Of a stretch of DNA of 64,000 nucleotides, positions 39,416 to 49,044 are shown piece by piece. The DNA comes from Candidatus Stahliibacteriota bacterium. GTDB lineage: Bacteria; Hydrothermota; Tepidihabitantia; SM23-42. The stretch spans positions 55 through 64,054 of the forward strand of contig JAUWCU010000003.1 in NCBI GenBank assembly GCA_030609135.1, read 5' to 3'. The notes below the pieces were generated by a model. That model saw only the letters and a list, made by a program, of their open reading frames with translations. It was not told where the DNA came from and ran no database searches. Made by a program: the position numbers and the translations under genes. Position 1 is the stretch's first letter; the number at the start of each line of letters is the position of its first letter.

Positions 39416-40618
39416 GTGTCTCAGCAACTAAATATCTTGGTCACCGGCGCCGCCGGCTTTATCGGCTGGAAAGTCTGCGAACTCCTCCTCACCAAACCAG
39501 AGCTAATTCCGAGTGACATAATGACCAATGACTCAATGACTGTTTCTGTTATTGGCATCGACAACCTCAACGACTACTACGACATCCGCCTCAAACAATG
39601 GCGTCTTGAGCAATTAAAGAAGTTAAATAGTCATTGCCAGGAACCTTCCTCTTCCGTCATTGCGAGGAATCCCGAGTTTGTCGAGGGAGACGAAGCAATC
39701 TCACCCAATCGATTCATGTTTCACAAACTCGACATCGAAGACTACGCATCTCTTAAGAAATTGTTCCAAAAATACTCTGTTCATTCAAAAAGTACCGCAC
39801 AAAGTGCTCATAACCGCCCCGACACTTTGAATAAAAGTGTGGGGGCCAAAACCGCATCTTTGATGCCAGAACCGCCGTTTACGGCAGTGATCAATCTCGC
39901 TGCTCGTGCTGGTGTTCGCTACAGTTTGGAAAACCCGTTTGTATATTATACGACAAATGTCATCGGTACTTTAAACCTTCTCGAACTGTGTCGTGAATTT
40001 GGTGTGAAAAAATTCATCCTTGCATCTACTTCATCACTATATGCCGGACAGAAAATGCCTTTTAAAGAGGAGTTACCGGTGAATGAACCCATATCGCCTT
40101 ACGCAGCATCAAAAAAGAGTGCTGAAGTTACCTGTTATACATATCACAATTTGTATGATATCGATGTGACGATTTTAAGGTATTTCACTGTGTATGGACC
40201 AGCATCCAGACCTGATATGAGTCCCTTGCGTTTCATATCCTGGGTATATCAGGAAAAACCTGTTATCATATATGGAGATGGTACCCAGTCACGAGATTTT
40301 ACCTATGTCGATGACATCGCCCGCGGCACAATAATGGCATTAAAACCTTTGGGTTTTGATATAATAAACCTTGGCTGTGATCAACCCCATGAATTGCTCG
40401 AATTTCTTCACATGATTGAGGAGAAGCTGGGCAAGAAAGCAAAGATTGTCAATGAACCCATGCATCCTGCAGACATGAAAGCAACCTGGGCAGATATCAC
40501 TAAAGCTAAGAAAATACTCGGCTGGCAGCCTTCAGTAAGATTGGAACAGGGGCTCGATACTGCGGTTGTTTGGTTCACAAAAAACCGTACCTGGCTTGCT
40601 GATATCAAGCTCTCTTGA
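39416..40618 (+). CDS. NAD-dependent epimerase/dehydratase (UDP-glucuronate 4-epimerase-like) with three extra in-frame segments in the N-terminal Rossmann region
   Basis: ILVTGAAGFIGWKVCELLL ... VIGIDNLNDYYD ... KLDIEDYASLKKLF ... AVINLAARAGVRYSLENP ... YAASKKSAEV (YxxxK). Extra segments sit at about 39495-39545, 39625-39720 and 39765-39880. The middle one contains the repeat gtcattgcgaggaatcccgagtttgtcgagggagacgaagcaatctcac (39656-39704). Confidence 0.75.
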   Translation: MSQQLNILVTGAAGFIGWKVCELLLTKPELIPSDIMTNDSMTVSVIGIDNLNDYYDIRLKQWRLEQLKKLNSHCQEPSSSVIARNPEFVEGDEAISPNRFMFHKLDIEDYASLKKLFQKYSVHSKSTAQSAHNRPDTLNKSVGAKTASLMPEPPFTAVINLAARAGVRYSLENPFVYYTTNVIGTLNLLELCREFGVKKFILASTSSLYAGQKMPFKEELPVNEPISPYAASKKSAEVTCYTYHNLYDIDVTILRYFTVYGPASRPDMSPLRFISWVYQEKPVIIYGDGTQSRDFTYVDDIARGTIMALKPLGFDIINLGCDQPHELLEFLHMIEEKLGKKAKIVNEPMHPADMKATWADITKAKKILGWQPSVRLEQGLDTAVVWFTKNRTWLADIKLS

Positions 40619-40645
40619 CTTTTTATTGAATGGAGGTTACTTAAT

Positions 40646-41566
40646 ATGAATCGTAGTGCAGTGTGTACATGCCCTATTTGCAAGGGTAATGACGTGATAT
40701 TGATGGGAAAACCACAGATCTCTCCTCAAGGTGTCGATATAATAAACAAAGAATATCAGGTCGTAAAGTGTAAAACATGTAACTTCTATTATGTTTATCC
40801 GCAGATTTCACTTAGTGCTGAAGTCTGGGAGAAACTTTATGCGGTTGAGTATTTTAGTAATAAGACATCATGGTGGATAAGAAAAAGAGATAAGGACTTA
40901 AAACAGCGTTTTGACTGGCTTCAAAAATATTGCAGGCATAATATACAAAATTTCCTTGATGTTGGTTGTGGCGAGGGATATACACTCTTAGAAGCTCTTA
41001 AAAGAGGCTGGAAAACATACGGTATTGATATCTCGGATAATAGAGTAGCCGAAGCAAATAATGAACATGTCATCTTTCACAAAAGTGATATATCCCAGAC
41101 TAACTTCCCAACAGACTTCTTCGATTGTATATATATGGATTCAGTGCTGGAACATCTAACAGATCCCTGCCGCCATCTACTTGAAATTAAACGAATACTC
41201 CGTAAAGGAGGAGTTTTGTATATTGGAGTACCGAATGAAGATTGTTTGTTCAACGAGGTCAAAAGGCTTCTCTTCATATTGATGGGTAAGCATAATTTCT
41301 CCGCTTACCTATATCCTTTCAAACGTCCGTACCATATTATTGGATTTACAAAAGACTCCCTACTTAAAATTTTACAAAAAAGTGGTTTTGACATTTTACG
41401 ATTTAGAAATTTTTCCGGTGAATATGAATACAGGAAATTCAAATTTTTTACTAAGCCGTTTTTGGTTAATTTTTTCCTGTTGCCTGTGCACTTAGTTGCC
41501 ATACCACTCAAAAAGAGGATATATCTGGATACAATAGTGACTAAGAGTCATTCATCACGGCAGTAG
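40646..41566 (+). CDS. class I SAM-dependent methyltransferase with N-terminal zinc-ribbon
   Basis: CTCPICKG...CKTCNF (four-Cys zinc-ribbon). Motif I LDVGCGEGY. Post-I DISD. Confidence 0.65.
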   Translation: MNRSAVCTCPICKGNDVILMGKPQISPQGVDIINKEYQVVKCKTCNFYYVYPQISLSAEVWEKLYAVEYFSNKTSWWIRKRDKDLKQRFDWLQKYCRHNIQNFLDVGCGEGYTLLEALKRGWKTYGIDISDNRVAEANNEHVIFHKSDISQTNFPTDFFDCIYMDSVLEHLTDPCRHLLEIKRILRKGGVLYIGVPNEDCLFNEVKRLLFILMGKHNFSAYLYPFKRPYHIIGFTKDSLLKILQKSGFDILRFRNFSGEYEYRKFKFFTKPFLVNFFLLPVHLVAIPLKKRIYLDTIVTKSHSSRQ

Positions 41567-41678
41567 AATAATTAAGCTTTAAACCAGAATATAGAAAAGG
41601 TCATAAATCTGTATATAATCCTTTATCTAATTTGATTCACTATATAAAGGTCTTCTCCCTGATTCACACAATTCTTTT

Positions 41679-42578
41679 ATGCTGGCAACTAATCTTACCG
41701 TTCATATAGATTCTTCCTACATCCCTTGGCGAGTTCAAGCTGGAGAAGAACCACAGTATTTGTGGCGCTGGGCAATGGCATACGGTGAGTCATACTGGCG
41801 GAATTTTTATGCCTGCACCACCAAGGTGCAATGCCTGCGGAATTATGCAGACACAACTTATGACGACACCTATTTTGATGGTGTCTTTGTTGACAATTTG
41901 CTCCACTTCGTTGATGGTTTGAGTTATGGTTACAACATTTATCCTGCACAATATCGTCCTTATCCGGATACCAATAACTTTGCACAATGGGATGCAAACT
42001 TACGTGCGGCAGTAGATACTTTTGTGCAAACAGTAAGCGCTGAATACCATAACCCTAACACACCTTCTGGTCATCCTTGCGAGGTTTTAGCAATAGGCAA
42101 TACAAACCGGGCACATTTGGTGGATGAATATGCTACTTTATGGAAAAATTTTCTGCAATATCTGGATGGCGCAGTGGAAGAATCTGATTTTGCGCGTGCT
42201 GATATAGAATTTGGTCGCTGGCAGAGAATGATTCATGAAATGGCGATTGCCGAATCATTGGGCAAGATATGCCTCATTCATGTGCCCTGTTCCACAGAAT
42301 TTTATAGTCCTAATGACCCTTTGAGTGTCTACTATTATGACTCAACTCAGATGATTTATGGTTTTGCAAGTTACTTGATGGCTTACGATTCTGTGAGTCA
42401 TTTCGCTTTAAATAAGAATCTTTCTCCCAATTATGCCCATATCTACTGGGCACCGATTTTTTCAATTTGTTCAATTTCTGAATTGGTGAATAGGCGGTTT
42501 CGGAATAGATATTTCGGCTTAAATGTTTCTGGAGATTTTCCCATAAAACAATTATACATATTTTTTGCGAGAACTTAA
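41679..42578 (+). CDS. N- and C-terminally truncated paralog of the 45127-47931 secreted protein (possible gene fragment)
   Basis: Homologous to residues ~175-470 of the 934-aa paralog but lacks a signal peptide. Shares a 103-bp identical DNA tract (41763-41865 = 45646-45748). Ends at a TAA immediately followed by a G9 run. Confidence 0.4.
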   Translation: MLATNLTVHIDSSYIPWRVQAGEEPQYLWRWAMAYGESYWRNFYACTTKVQCLRNYADTTYDDTYFDGVFVDNLLHFVDGLSYGYNIYPAQYRPYPDTNNFAQWDANLRAAVDTFVQTVSAEYHNPNTPSGHPCEVLAIGNTNRAHLVDEYATLWKNFLQYLDGAVEESDFARADIEFGRWQRMIHEMAIAESLGKICLIHVPCSTEFYSPNDPLSVYYYDSTQMIYGFASYLMAYDSVSHFALNKNLSPNYAHIYWAPIFSICSISELVNRRFRNRYFGLNVSGDFPIKQLYIFFART

Positions 42579-42587
42579 GGGGGGGGG
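42579..42587. repeat. poly-G homopolymer (9 G)
   Basis: ttaaGGGGGGGGGtaatatgagg. Lies between the stop of the truncated paralog and a small unannotated ORF (MRTFLSKQLSVKILRPQKVHSRV..., ~50 aa). Confidence 0.8.
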
Positions 42588-42758
42588 TAATATGAGGACC
42601 TTTTTATCGAAACAATTATCGGTAAAAATTTTAAGACCCCAAAAAGTGCATTCGCGTGTTGACAAAGACAAAACCAATGATTATAATTATAATATGAATT
42701 TTGATACCACGAAGTTTTGGGGAAAATTAAATTATTACTAAAAAGACAAGGAGGAAAT

Positions 42759-45069
42759 ATGAAAAGAGTGGTCATTGGGATATGTGCAATAGTGATAGGG
42801 TTTATGCCCTTGTCCATCTATGGTTCTGAAATTGCAACTGTAACTTTGGAAACCTGGATGAATGCTTCCCAGGGTTTTGAACCAAACCTTGGTCAGATTG
42901 GCGATTTTGAAGGGAATGTGGTTAATAATATCTTGTGCGCTTTCAAGGGTAATGGACTTGGTATATTCATTAATGAAAAAGGGGTAAGTTATGTTATTTA
43001 TCAAGCGGAAAAAATCTTAAGAGATGAGTCCCAGAGAATTGATTTAAGAGAACCTGAAAAAAATCTTATCCACTATGCAAGGATTGATGTGGAGCTTGTG
43101 AATTCCAATTTTGAAAAGTCAAAAATCGTTTATGAAGATGAGCTACCCGGATATGCGCATTATTATTTGCCACAATGTCCTGATGGTATTCTTTATGTGA
43201 AAAGTTTCAGAAAGGTGCGGATTAAAGAGATATATCCGGGCGTTGACTGGATATGGAAATATGAAGATGGACGGTTGCATCATGAATTTGAGGTCAAACC
43301 TGCGTCTGATGTTTCAAAGATAAAGATGAAGGTTAAATGGGCTGATGTTGAGATAAGCGAAAATGGTAGAAAACTTATATATTCTACGCCACTTGGTAAG
43401 ATAAAAGATGGAAATATACTTGGTTATGAAAATCCGAAATCCAAAATCCGAAATCCGAGACCGATTGATATTTCTTATATAAAAAATGAAGATGGGATAA
43501 TTTCCTTTGAAATAAAGAATTATTCCGGTAAAAATCCTCTAATTATTGACCCACCCCTTGCACTATTATGGGGGACATATTACGGAGGCAATGATCCTGA
43601 TCGTGGCTATTCAATTACAACCGATAATTCAGGTAATATTTTTGTAACTGGGACCACTTATTCAACAGAATTTTCCCACACAAGACCCCGGTGGTGGTGC
43701 TTATTATCAAGGTACAAAAGCAGGATATTTTGATGTATTTGTTTTAAAGTTTACAAATACAGGGGTTCGGCTTTGGGCGACATATTACGGAGGAAATGAC
43801 AGAGATGGGGGCGCTTCAATTATAACTGACAATTCAGGTAATGTTTTTGTAGGTGGAACCACCTATTCAACAGATTTTGCCACACAGGACCCTGGCGGTG
43901 GTGCTTATTATCAAGGAACATTTGCAGGTGTTGGTGATGCATTTATTTTGAAGTTTACAAATGTTGGTATTCGCCTCTGGGCAACATATTACGGCGGAAA
44001 TGATAGTGATATGGTGTGTTCGATTACCACTGATAATTCAGGTAATGTTTTTATAACTGGGTGGACTCTTTCAACAGATTTTCCCATACAGGACCCTGGC
44101 GGTGGTGCCTATTATCAGGGAGCAAATGCAGGTTATAGAGATGCATTTATTTTGAAGTTTACAAATACGGGTGTTCGTCAATGGGCAACGTATTACGGAG
44201 GAAATGCTGGTGATTGGTGCAATTCAATTACAGCGGATAGTTCAGGTAATGTTTTTATAGCCGGATACACCTATTCAACAAATTTCCCCACATATGACCC
44301 CGGGGGAGGTGCTTATTATCAGGAAACACTTGGAGGTGTTCATGATGCATTTATTTTGAAGTTTACAAATACCGGTGTTCGGCAAAGGGCGACATATTAC
44401 GGCGGAAATAATGAGGATATGTGTAATTCAGTTACAACTGATGCTTCAGGTAATATTTTTGTGACTGGATACACTTTTTCACCAGATTTTCCCACATATG
44501 ACCCCGGGGGAGGTGCTTATTATCAGGGAGCACTTGCAGGCGGATATGATGCATTTGTCTTGAAGTTTACAAATAGCGGTATTCGCCAATGGGCAACGTA
44601 TTACGGAGGAAATGATGTGGATTGTGGCTTTTCAATTAAAACCGATAATTCAGGTAATGTTTTTGTAACTGGACTAACTGTTTCAACAAATTTCCCAACA
44701 CAGGACCCTGGCGGTGGTGCTTATTATCAGGGGACACATGCAGGTGTTGGTGATGTATTTCTTTTGAAGTTTGAAACTTCACTGGGAATTGTAGAGGAAA
44801 ATACTAAAAAGAATGAGCCTTCGGTTCTAATTATTTCTTCTATCTTTATCAACAGAATACGAATAGACCTTTCATTATCTTCTAAAAAACCCATGGCTCT
44901 TATCCTTTATAATTTATTGGGGCAGAAAATCTTTTCAAGGTCTTATCCTGAAACTAAGTCTCTTATTATAAGAGGCAGAGAGATTGAAGAATTGAGTAAA
45001 GGAATATATTTCTTATCTGTCTATTCAGGAAAAAAAGAGATTGGCAGGGTTAAGCTGATAAAGAGATAA
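42759..45069 (+). pseudogene. SBBP (beta-propeller) repeat protein with T9SS C-terminal domain, disrupted by a +1 frameshift near 43669-43670 (assembly error not excluded)
   Basis: ORF-track pieces 42717-43733 and 43948-45069 are one gene. The repeat [16 protein letters not shown]...WATYYGGND reads through in the alternate frame after an extra A in tcaacagAAttttccc (other repeats have tcaacagAttttccc). Six ~204-bp tandem repeats. The likely real start is ATG 42759 after AAGGAGG. C-terminus ...[22 protein letters not shown]. Confidence 0.6.
43560..44780 (+). repeat. six tandem ~204-bp (68-aa) intragenic repeats encoding SBBP blades
   Basis: The tattacggaggaaatga core recurs at about 43579, 43786, 43987, 44196, 44397, 44601 with high nucleotide identity. 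Confidence 0.8.
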
Positions 45070-45126
45070 AGGCTCCATGTTTGCGCGTTGGTTTAATAAT
45101 AACTTTGTAATAATTGGAGGTGTGCG

Positions 45127-47931
45127 ATGGGGCGATTTAAGGTAATTCTTATCGTGATTGTAATCTATTTAATGGCTCAGATTGTTTTTGCTGAGCCCAC
45201 CGCAAAGACTTATATCTTTGCCGCATCCCAATATATGTTTTACCATCCCTGGTATGGTGGAAACCCTCTGGATTCGCTTTGCAAACACTTTGATGTGATT
45301 ATCTTTCATGACTGGAATAGGGATACAATCCCTACGATTCGGGATAGCACAAAAGTAGAATGGCGTAGAAATAATGCGCCAATACTTTTATTGTATAAAG
45401 ATGCAATGACTATATGTGGTCCAGGTCGTCCCTGGCATCCTGAACCAGACCCGACAATTGGTGGTCGTGAAACTGTTGGTGGGTATAATCATTTTGATTC
45501 GTTATTAAAGCAAAATTACCCGTCAGATACTTTCTTTATGTTAGCGACGACCGTAGGTTCTCAGCAAACTTCCCATTATGATACCATCGTTATCGGTAAT
45601 GATACTCTGCATCGTGTCAAGGCTGGTAGTGATCCCTCCTGGCAGTGGCGCTGGGCAATGGCATACGGTGAGTCATACTGGCGGAATTTTTATGCCTGCA
45701 CCACCAAGGTGCAATGCCTGCGGAATTATGCAGACACAACTTATGATGATACCTATTTTGACGGTGTACTCATTGATAATTTGTTACCCTTAAGAAGTCT
45801 GCATGGCTTATATCCACAACAATATCCCGACAATAACAGTTTTAGAGAGGCGGTTTATTCTTTCACCCAGACCGCCTGCTCTGAATATCATAATCTTACA
45901 TCACCTCCGGGTAATCCCCGTTCAATTCTTGGTACTGGCAATTTGAACTATATTTACTTAACACCTCTAAGTGATACAGTATGGAAAAAGCTTCTCCATA
46001 TTTTAGATGGCGGTATGGAGGAAGGCTCAGATGGCTTACACAGATTGTCTTTTAATGACTGGCATAGAATTATGCAGGAAATTGCAATGGCTGAATCTTT
46101 AGGTAAGATATCTTTTATACGTGAGGCAGTTGACTCATGCGAATACGATACAATTATCAATCCCTTTGGATTACTTTCGTTTAGTTCTACAAATCTGATG
46201 TTTGGTTTTACAAGTTATCTTATGGTCTTTGATTCTATGGCGCACTTCTATTTTTGTCCACGGGAAGGTCCGCATTACGCGTTTATCTGCTGGGCGCCAG
46301 TCTTAGATATTGATATTGGTAAGCCAATGGGGCGGTACATCCTGACCGCAGACACCCTCGCATATCGTTATTATGAAGGTGCAGCAGTATTTGCCAATCC
46401 GTGCAGTCTTTCATCAGTAACTGCAGGTTTCCCCGGTGATACTTTGTTGTTCATAAAGACAGCATCCTGCACAGTGGATGTTACAATTGACCAGTTAATA
46501 CTTCCTTCTCATACAGGGGTAATTGGACTTTATCCATTAAACTATTTCCAGGCAAGCGGTTTTGAGCCTGATGACCGTTTGTGCTGGGAGAACTACTGTC
46601 TTGAGGTTGAGGGGGTTACAAATTGCTATGCAAAAAGAGTGCAGGGTATTCCGCCAAACGGTGTGACACCACATTCCGGTCAATGGATGTATAAGGTTTA
46701 TGGTCAGGATGAGAGCACTGATACAAGTTTTGTCAGCTTCAAGGTCTTTCCGTACGATGTGCTGATTGAAGATCCCACTTATCTGTCTTTCTGGATATAT
46801 GTTGAAGATGCACCCGGCGATTCAGCACCGATTGGTATAGACTGTCTACTAAAGAGCGGCAAGCGGTTGAGTGAGTGGACAAAATTTGGCACGATTTTAG
46901 ACCAGTATGGTAAAGAAATAAATCCCGCTGACCGCCGTGTGCCCGAAGGTGCGTGGTATCAATATGTGTTTACATTTAACCCGGCAGTCAACGAAACGAT
47001 TGACCACATTGAGTTGGTTTATGATGGCTCGCAGATTTCAGAGACCGGCGATTTTTGTGCGTATATTGATGATATAGAGATACTAACTCAATTCCCGATA
47101 CTCGATACCTGGTATGCGGAGAAGTTTCCGGTTGGCAGTCCCATCAATAATCCTAACAATTATGACCCGAACTTCTATATGAACTTCATTGCTCAAGGCG
47201 ATTCTGTTAGATTGATTATCAATCCACAGGGTGATGGTGGTGAGGGTGCGCACTGGGTTAACCCGGCGCCAGGGATTAGAAACAACATTACTGATATTTC
47301 TGTTGATTCATTCACAACAGTCATCTGGAGTCAGTATGATAAGGCACACAGTCTGATTCTTTCGCTATTTGTCCATGATAACCAGGAGAATAACCGATGG
47401 CTTATGTATGCAAAGAATGCGAGCAATTGGTGGCCACAAACCGGCTGGGTTGATATGGGAGATACGGCGAGGCATTATAATATGTGGGAAGGGTTTTTTA
47501 GGAACATTAGAGATGATTATACTGCGGAATACGGCGGTGAAGTTGAACCCGAATCTATCATAGAGTTGAGACTGGAGCACTTTGCCCGGTCAGAATGGGT
47601 TGGTGATTCCGGTGGGACAATCAGGAATCTTTTCATCGTGCCCTTCACCCAGGAATTTACCATAAATCAAAATCAGACCTATACCAATATGCCATATGTA
47701 GCACTGAGGACCAAAGTGACTTCTGAGATTGTGGACTCAATGAATATCCATCAGGATTATAGCGATTCGCTTACGGATTCTACTGGCTGGATTGCCTATG
47801 ATACTTCCTATTGCTGGTATCTGCGAGAGGGAGAAGGAAACAACACAGTTTATATTCAATACAAGGTTGGTGGTTTCAGCGAGAGTCCGGTCTATTGCGA
47901 TACCATCATCTTTGATAAAACTTTGACTTGA
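45127..47931 (+). CDS. large secreted hypothetical protein (signal peptide; paralog of 41679-42578)
   Basis: 934 aa. N-terminal MGRFKVILIVIVIYLMAQIVFA. No recognisable catalytic motif. SD GGAGGTG upstream. Confidence 0.5.
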   Translation: MGRFKVILIVIVIYLMAQIVFAEPTAKTYIFAASQYMFYHPWYGGNPLDSLCKHFDVIIFHDWNRDTIPTIRDSTKVEWRRNNAPILLLYKDAMTICGPGRPWHPEPDPTIGGRETVGGYNHFDSLLKQNYPSDTFFMLATTVGSQQTSHYDTIVIGNDTLHRVKAGSDPSWQWRWAMAYGESYWRNFYACTTKVQCLRNYADTTYDDTYFDGVLIDNLLPLRSLHGLYPQQYPDNNSFREAVYSFTQTACSEYHNLTSPPGNPRSILGTGNLNYIYLTPLSDTVWKKLLHILDGGMEEGSDGLHRLSFNDWHRIMQEIAMAESLGKISFIREAVDSCEYDTIINPFGLLSFSSTNLMFGFTSYLMVFDSMAHFYFCPREGPHYAFICWAPVLDIDIGKPMGRYILTADTLAYRYYEGAAVFANPCSLSSVTAGFPGDTLLFIKTASCTVDVTIDQLILPSHTGVIGLYPLNYFQASGFEPDDRLCWENYCLEVEGVTNCYAKRVQGIPPNGVTPHSGQWMYKVYGQDESTDTSFVSFKVFPYDVLIEDPTYLSFWIYVEDAPGDSAPIGIDCLLKSGKRLSEWTKFGTILDQYGKEINPADRRVPEGAWYQYVFTFNPAVNETIDHIELVYDGSQISETGDFCAYIDDIEILTQFPILDTWYAEKFPVGSPINNPNNYDPNFYMNFIAQGDSVRLIINPQGDGGEGAHWVNPAPGIRNNITDISVDSFTTVIWSQYDKAHSLILSLFVHDNQENNRWLMYAKNASNWWPQTGWVDMGDTARHYNMWEGFFRNIRDDYTAEYGGEVEPESIIELRLEHFARSEWVGDSGGTIRNLFIVPFTQEFTINQNQTYTNMPYVALRTKVTSEIVDSMNIHQDYSDSLTDSTGWIAYDTSYCWYLREGEGNNTVYIQYKVGGFSESPVYCDTIIFDKTLT

Positions 47932-48053
47932 AAATTGTTTTTAAAATAAGAAATTCTGTAACAATTAGAACTCTTGTTATTGCGAGCCCACACACCAATG
48001 CATTGGTGTGCGGGCGTGGCAATCTCTATTTAGGATATCTGCAATTAAAAAAT

Positions 48054-49031
48054 CTATTTATTAACTTCATTAGCTAAGTACCAATCTATCATTCTTCGGA
48101 ACCCTTCTGTTATCTCTATCTTTTGTATAAACCCCTGTTCTCGTATTTTCTCTGCTTTATGGTGTGTAGCGGTAGCGAACTTCTTCATTCTTGCGGCGGT
48201 AATGGGAAGGTTGCGTCCTGTTATCTTGGCAAGGAGATCAAATATGCTGCCGAGAGATACTGCAAGAAATAAAGGTAGTTTGATTTTCGGTGCACCATAA
48301 GGCAGGCATGTGCCAATCACGTCTACTATCTGAGCTATAGTCATTTGTGGTTCATCAGAATAAGAGAAAATCTGAATACCAGGTTTTAGTTTGTCAATCA
48401 AGAATATGTTTGCATCCACTAAATTTTCTACATAAGCAACCGATTTTATATTATCACCTTTACCAACAAAAACAAATTTCTTCTTGTATATTTTGTCAAT
48501 TAAATTATAAACATTCGCGAAATTATTTGGCCCAAATATTACAGATGGTCTAATAATTATTACATTTCTGCTTTTGTCATCATCAACCCACTTCTGTATA
48601 ACTTTTTCTGCAGCCAGTTTCGATTCACCATAATTATTATCTGGTTGCGGAATAGTATTTTCAGTGCTGGGTTCGTCGTTTGTTCCGTATACTGCCACAG
48701 AGCTATAGAAAATCAGCTTCTTGATCTGCAATTTGGCTGCGCAGTCGAGCAGCATTTGGGTACCGGTTTCATTTACGTGAAAGAATTCTTCCCTTGTGAC
48801 GCCAAAATCATGGTGTTTTGCTGCGAGCGTAATGATTAAATCCACGCCCCGCGCTGCTTTAAGGATATCTTCAGGACATAGCATATTACCAACAAGGCAA
48901 GTGCAGAGCTTATTCAGTTCTTTTGGACCAGGGTTGATATCCAAGCCAATGACTTCATGTTTTTTCTCGACAAGCTTCTTAACCAGAAATTGACCGATAA
49001 AACCTGTGGAACCTATCACCAGTATTTTCAT
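48054..49031 (-). CDS. NAD-dependent epimerase/dehydratase family protein (SDR)
   Basis: MKILVIGSTGFIGQFLVKKL Rossmann motif. YGESKLAAE (YxxxK). Confidence 0.75.
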   Translation of the reverse strand: MKILVIGSTGFIGQFLVKKLVEKKHEVIGLDINPGPKELNKLCTCLVGNMLCPEDILKAARGVDLIITLAAKHHDFGVTREEFFHVNETGTQMLLDCAAKLQIKKLIFYSSVAVYGTNDEPSTENTIPQPDNNYGESKLAAEKVIQKWVDDDKSRNVIIIRPSVIFGPNNFANVYNLIDKIYKKKFVFVGKGDNIKSVAYVENLVDANIFLIDKLKPGIQIFSYSDEPQMTIAQIVDVIGTCLPYGAPKIKLPLFLAVSLGSIFDLLAKITGRNLPITAARMKKFATATHHKAEKIREQGFIQKIEITEGFRRMIDWYLANEVNK

Positions 49032-49044
49032 GTGGATATTATAG

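Noticed and set aside
42579-42587. Poly-G tract as a pure sequencing artefact
   Set aside because: Not rejected outright. It is mid-sequence rather than at a contig end and sits at a biologically suggestive junction, so it is kept as a finding with this caveat.
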